A DNA stretch of 8,389 bases. It comes from a virus. Position 1 is the stretch's first letter. The number at the start of each line of letters is the position of its first letter. A program made the position numbers and the translations under genes. Where the stretch lies: UHGV virus genome UHGV-1378212. One strand, given 5' to 3'. Below the pieces are notes generated by a model. That model made no database searches and was not told the DNA's origin. It worked only from the letters and a program-made list of their open reading frames with translations. Below, piece by piece: positions 5,377 through 8,389 of the stretch.

Positions 5377-6626
5377 CACTCACCCCCTTTGCGAAGCAAT
5401 GAAGTTAAAGAAGTAAAGACATACCAGAACGTAAGGCAATAAAAAACCCATGAAAGAACATCTTTAATAGTCAGTAATTTATCGCAACCAATATCAATCT
5501 GATAAACCTCTCCGGGAAAAATAATAAAATCAGAGCAGCCGTTACCATTGGGTAAATTAGGCAGCATAGCACCTTTATTTAAAAATGCTTCCCATAAAGC
5601 ACCGTGAGAATCCTTTTCAATTCCCAATTCAGAATCAGCCAAAGTAGAAGCGCCATCTAATTCAGAGTCGCCCTTTCCATAACGAGAATCACCACCTGAA
5701 GGGTCAGCAAAACGGCCAGCCCCCCGCGTAAGATTGTTAATGGAATCGTCAAGACGATTTATATTATTCCTAGTTTGTTCATCGGCATTTTTTTTATCAT
5801 CTGATGAAGTGTCTTTCTCCGTTAATTTATCATGAATATCGCTGGCTATTTTGGGTGAAGCACCTTCGATAGCAGACTGAATATCACCTTTAGAAAGACT
5901 GGAACCACTAAAGCCACCGCCAGAACTACCGCCACCGGACTCACCACCGCCAGAACTACCGCCACCGGACTCACCACCGCCAGACTCACCACCGCCAGAC
6001 TCACCACCACCATTTTGGGGGGTTGAGGGTTTATCAGAGGGGTCAGCTACAGTACCTGTAGGCTTCCATGTTGCAGCGCAAACAGTACCATCACCCTGAC
6101 AAACAATGACACCAGTAGCCTCATATTCACAGCCGTTATAGTAGATATAACGACCACCATCATATGAATCAACATTATTAAATACACCTTCTTCTGGCGG
6201 CTTCGCTTCACAAATTTCTTCTGGTGTCGGGTCAGTAGGTTTTTCATCAGGAACAGAACGCTGAATATCACCAACAATATAAGCCGTTAAAGACCAATAT
6301 TTATCCTTCTGCCCTGGTGAATCGCTGTAAGTACAATCACCAGTAAAAACAAGACGGAATTCAGAATCAGGCCAGATACCCTCATAAGTTGGTTTAACCT
6401 GAGTAAATACACTCTGAGCACTGGATTTAGCACCCTGACAAGCGGAGGCCTGCATAGCAGCATCAATATAGTAAACCGTTGACTTAGAGCCATCCTGATT
6501 GGTTATTTGCTTACTTTCAGCGTAGGCAGAGCTTTGATAAGTGGATTTAGTAATGCTTTCCCATGACTCAGCATGTGAAAAAGGAGAAATGAGGACAGCG
6601 GAAAGAATTAATATTTTCCTTTTCAT
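5376..6626 (-). CDS. III: Gene III adsorption / minor coat protein (pIII) with signal peptide, Gly-rich linkers and C-terminal anchor
   Basis: From internal ATG at 6624-6626: [19 protein letters not shown]|ESWES... signal peptide; Cys-rich N-domains; linker [33 protein letters not shown]; hydrophobic C-terminal anchor; position after gene VIII terminator; the 464-aa track ORF is an upstream extension overlapping gene VIII. Confidence 0.9.
   Translation of the reverse strand: MKRKILILSAVLISPFSHAESWESITKSTYQSSAYAESKQITNQDGSKSTVYYIDAAMQASACQGAKSSAQSVFTQVKPTYEGIWPDSEFRLVFTGDCTYSDSPGQKDKYWSLTAYIVGDIQRSVPDEKPTDPTPEEICEAKPPEEGVFNNVDSYDGGRYIYYNGCEYEATGVIVCQGDGTVCAATWKPTGTVADPSDKPSTPQNGGGESGGGESGGGESGGGSSGGGESGGGSSGGGFSGSSLSKGDIQSAIEGASPKIASDIHDKLTEKDTSSDDKKNADEQTRNNINRLDDSINNLTRGAGRFADPSGGDSRYGKGDSELDGASTLADSELGIEKDSHGALWEAFLNKGAMLPNLPNGNGCSDFIIFPGEVYQIDIGCDKLLTIKDVLSWVFYCLTFWYVFTSLTSLLRKGGE
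5914..6011. repeat. Tandem direct repeats (2 x 30 nt, then 2 x 15 nt) encoding the Gly/Ser/Glu linker of pIII
   Basis: ccaccgccagaactaccgccaccggactca at 5914-5943 and 5944-5973; ccaccgccagactca at 5974-5988 and 5989-6003. Confidence 0.9.
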
Positions 6627-6635
6627 AGTAACCCG

Positions 6636-6663
6636 CTTTAATAAAGGGGCAACGAGTGCCCCT
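6636..6663 (-). terminator. Rho-independent terminator after gene VIII (before gene III)
   Basis: On minus strand GGGGCA-ctcgt-TGCCCC stem-loop (plus coords 6646-6662) followed by TTTATT; same location as the central terminator of Ff phages. Confidence 0.8.
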
Positions 6664-6672
6664 GAGTGAAAT

Positions 6673-6915
6673 TCAAACCGCTTTTGAAGAGAATTTTTTG
6701 AAAATACGAATGGCAAGCCCAGCGCCAACCACAGCCACAACAACAGGCCATACTTTACCAATGAGATCATTTGCCTGAGTCAACAAAGCATCCATTGCCT
6801 GACCTGCATAATCAGTACCACCTGTAGCGCCTTCAGCCGCAAAAGAACTTGCAGAAACAAAAAGCGCAGTTGAAGCCAGAGCAACTTTATATTTAACAGT
6901 AGACAGAATTTTCAT
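6673..6915 (-). CDS. VIII: Gene VIII major coat protein (pVIII) precursor
   Basis: [26 protein letters not shown]|[54 protein letters not shown]: signal peptide, acidic N-terminus, hydrophobic core, basic C-terminus KKFSSKAV typical of Ff/IKe coat proteins; SD GGAG 8 nt upstream. Confidence 0.95.
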   Translation of the reverse strand: MKILSTVKYKVALASTALFVSASSFAAEGATGGTDYAGQAMDALLTQANDLIGKVWPVVVAVVGAGLAIRIFKKFSSKAV

Positions 6916-6934
6916 AGGAATAACTCCATTAAGG

Positions 6935-7030
6935 TTACATTAATCGGTCAGAAAATGATTTAAATGAACCGACCGCATAGAAAAGGGCAAAACCAAAGGT
7001 ATAAGCCCCGAAGAAATAAACGATATACAT
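6935..7030 (-). CDS. IX: Gene IX minor coat protein (pIX), 31 aa
   Basis: MYIVYFFGAYTFGFALFYAVGSFKSFSDRLM, a small hydrophobic protein between gene VII and gene VIII as in Ff; its ATG overlaps the gene VII stop (TAATG); the 74-aa track ORF is an upstream extension. Confidence 0.65.
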   Translation of the reverse strand: MYIVYFFGAYTFGFALFYAVGSFKSFSDRLM

Positions 7031-7116
7031 TAACGAAAGACCCCCGCAGTAATCGCGCCGAGGCCAAAAGAAATAACGATGCCAGACGCTATCAAAATTT
7101 GAATAACATCGTCCAT
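7030..7116 (-). CDS. VII: Gene VII minor coat protein (pVII), 28 aa
   Basis: Hand-translated MDDVIQILIASGIVISFGLGAITAGVFR (ATG at 7114-7116, stop at 7030-7032); small hydrophobic protein in the canonical position after gene V; below the ORF-track size cutoff. Confidence 0.6.
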   Translation of the reverse strand: MDDVIQILIASGIVISFGLGAITAGVFR

Positions 7117-7118
7117 AT

Positions 7119-7436
7119 TTAACCTTTGATCTCTGCGATGCCACCATCGGAAGAAACATTATAAGTTACACCTTCCCTACCCTCCATTGACCACGCACGG
7201 ACATAGACAGGAATTTGAACTAATTTCCCAATGAAAGCATTCGCCTGGTTCATTAGACCTGCGTTAACGAGAGTCTGAGAAACTCGAATAATAATTTGAT
7301 CCTGCTTTGTACCACCAAAACCATCAGGTATTTCAAGGCCAATACCAATTTCATTATAATAGCCCTGACCATTAACTTTATTACGTTGGCGGGCTCCCAA
7401 CATTTTACCCTTAACGAAAAGACCATAATTAGACAT
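7119..7436 (-). CDS. V: Gene V ssDNA-binding protein candidate (105 aa), divergent from Ff pV
   Basis: ORF in the canonical position between gene II/X and gene VII; weak resemblance to M13 pV (G-x-x-Y-x-NE region); assignment rests mainly on synteny. Confidence 0.6.
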   Translation of the reverse strand: MSNYGLFVKGKMLGARQRNKVNGQGYYNEIGIGLEIPDGFGGTKQDQIIIRVSQTLVNAGLMNQANAFIGKLVQIPVYVRAWSMEGREGVTYNVSSDGGIAEIKG

Positions 7437-7447
7437 ATTACTTTCCT

Positions 7448-7762
7448 TTAATGCCAGCTACTGGCGTGCGAAATACGGTTGTAATCGAAAATAAAACCTT
7501 TCTCATAAATCCATAAGGGGATTTCCACTGGCTTGGCTTCCAGCGTTCTTATTAGCGGAACAACGTTATTAGAGTCTGGTGAATCACAATAGAAATTAAT
7601 ATCGATACCGAACGAAAGCAATTCTCTTCTATGGCGATAAAAAGTGTTATGAGGTAACATTTCTTTCATGTTAGCCCCTTGTTTCCAAAGTAAATAAGTT
7701 GACTGTATTTTTCTTGGCAGTTTCGTTATTTTTTCATCACTTAAAATAGCATTCTGATTCAT
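7448..7762 (-). CDS. X: Gene X (pX), in-frame internal start within gene II
   Basis: Internal ATG at 7760-7762 begins MNQNAILSDEKITKLPRK..., comparable to M13 pX start MNIYDDSAVLDAIQSK and in the equivalent position in the C-terminal third of pII. Confidence 0.55.
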   Translation of the reverse strand: MNQNAILSDEKITKLPRKIQSTYLLWKQGANMKEMLPHNTFYRHRRELLSFGIDINFYCDSPDSNNVVPLIRTLEAKPVEIPLWIYEKGFIFDYNRISHASSWH

Positions 7763-8342
7763 TTCTATTCTCCCTACATATTCAGAGAATAATTGACGTG
7801 GTGTTTTCATATTCCAGTTAGCGCCAAGCGTTAAATTTAAATCAATAAGCTCAGTTGTTCTTAATGTTAATTCAATACGTAATTTATCTTTCGTCCAGTC
7901 CAGTAACCCGGCTCGTACAAAATCTTCGGCTATCTGGTGCCCTTTTTTACCCGAAACGTGTTCATCATATTTTGAATAAAATTTCAGACTCCATCGACGG
8001 GAGTTTTTACCTAAATAAACTGTACCGCCTTTCCCACATGCGCGACCATGGCGTGTTTTAGCTTTAAATTCGGCGGCATAAAGCCATGATCTGACATTTT
8101 CTAGCGTAGATAATGAATACATGTAATTAATGTCAACACGTGAAATTTTATACTGACCTGCTATAACAGCTTTATAAGACGCTAAATCATGAGGAATATT
8201 CAATAAGGATAAAATCCTGGCATAGACCGTCAACATGAGCCCTTGTATATCATCCGACCCAACAACAGAATGCCCCTGCAAAAACTTGGACGGATTACCA
8301 TCAATGTACAAATGTGTCGCTTTACCTTCGCCATTAGATCCT
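7448..8342 (-). CDS. II: Gene II replication initiation protein, C-terminal segment (continues at 56-213 via circular junction)
   Basis: 287-aa track ORF plus upstream in-frame codons to 8342; C-terminus ...NNVVPLIRTLEAKPVEIPLWIYEKGFIFDYNRIS matches recalled M13 pII C-terminus (NNVVPLVRFINVDFSSQRPDWY); the track start at 8311 is a TTG, not the real start. Confidence 0.9.
8288..8342. repeat. Terminal direct repeat, copy 2 (identical to 1-55)
   Basis: Exact 55-nt match to window start. Confidence 0.9.
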
Positions 8343-8389
8343 GTCTCTTATACACATCTCCGAGCCCACGAGACGTAGAGGAATCTCGT
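8341..8389. other. Sequencing-library adapter read-through (Tn5 mosaic end plus Nextera adapter with an index-like 8-mer), not biological sequence
   Basis: CTGTCTCTTATACACATCT (Tn5 mosaic end) followed by CCGAGCCCACGAGAC, 8 nt GTAGAGGA, then ATCTCGT (start of ATCTCGTATGCCGTCTTCTGCTTG); begins exactly where the terminal repeat stops matching. Confidence 0.9.

Noticed and set aside
5198-5383. 61-aa minus-strand ORF overlapping gene VI
   Set aside because: Alternative frame within gene VI; the gene VI frame matches Ff pVI.
5914-6011. Possible CRISPR-like repeat array
   Set aside because: The repeats are directly tandem with no spacers and lie in frame within gene III, encoding the Gly-rich linker.
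6047-6493. Minus-strand ORFs 6047-6277 and 6287-6493 inside gene III
   Set aside because: Alternative frames within gene III; no independent support.
5376-6770. 464-aa form of gene III starting at 6770
   Set aside because: The extension overlaps gene VIII and the gene VIII terminator; the signal peptide begins at the internal Met (ATG 6624-6626).
6935-7159. 74-aa ORF as one gene
   Set aside because: It is the gene IX frame read through from upstream; Ff organisation and the TAATG stop/start junction indicate two small genes (VII at 7030-7116, IX at 6935-7030) instead.
7855-8061. 68-aa plus-strand ORF
   Set aside because: Antisense to gene II/X coding sequence.
8341-8359. Tn5 mosaic-end sequence as evidence of a transposon insertion
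   Set aside because: It is followed immediately by Nextera adapter sequence and sits at the contig terminus, so it is library adapter read-through rather than a genomic mobile element.
1-8389. Integrase, attP site or tRNA genes indicating an integrative prophage
   Set aside because: No ORF of integrase size or recognisable recombinase motif and no tRNA-like structure seen; the gene set is that of an episomally replicating Ff-like phage. The RHH gene alone is insufficient evidence for lysogeny.

Overview
The window is a complete circular genome of an Ff/IKe-like filamentous phage (Inoviridae, enterobacterial type), assembled as a linear contig. Positions 1-55 repeat exactly at 8288-8342, so the genome unit is about 8287 bp, and the last ~49 nt (8341-8389) are an Illumina Nextera/Tn5 adapter read-through, not phage DNA. 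All canonical phage genes lie on the minus strand in the classic order II(X)-V-VII-IX-VIII-III-VI-I(XI)-IV, with gene II wrapping across the contig ends. The unusual part is the region between gene IV and gene II, which is about 2.4 kb instead of the ~0.5-0.7 kb intergenic region of Ff/IKe. It carries two cargo modules: (a) a plus-strand, antisense-to-phage four-gene cassette (383-1870) encoding a ribbon-helix-helix-like protein, two small proteins sharing a C-terminal motif, and a Cys-rich protein with three C-terminal transmembrane helices, ending in a clean intrinsic terminator; (b) two phage-sense genes (a 102-aa protein and a 77-aa CxxC...CxxC zinc-ribbon protein) flanked by stem-loops. 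None of the cargo proteins could be assigned to a known family from sequence alone; the plus-strand cassette is the best candidate for an undescribed accessory system (regulator plus membrane effector). All similarity statements are from recalled Ff protein sequences, not database searches.
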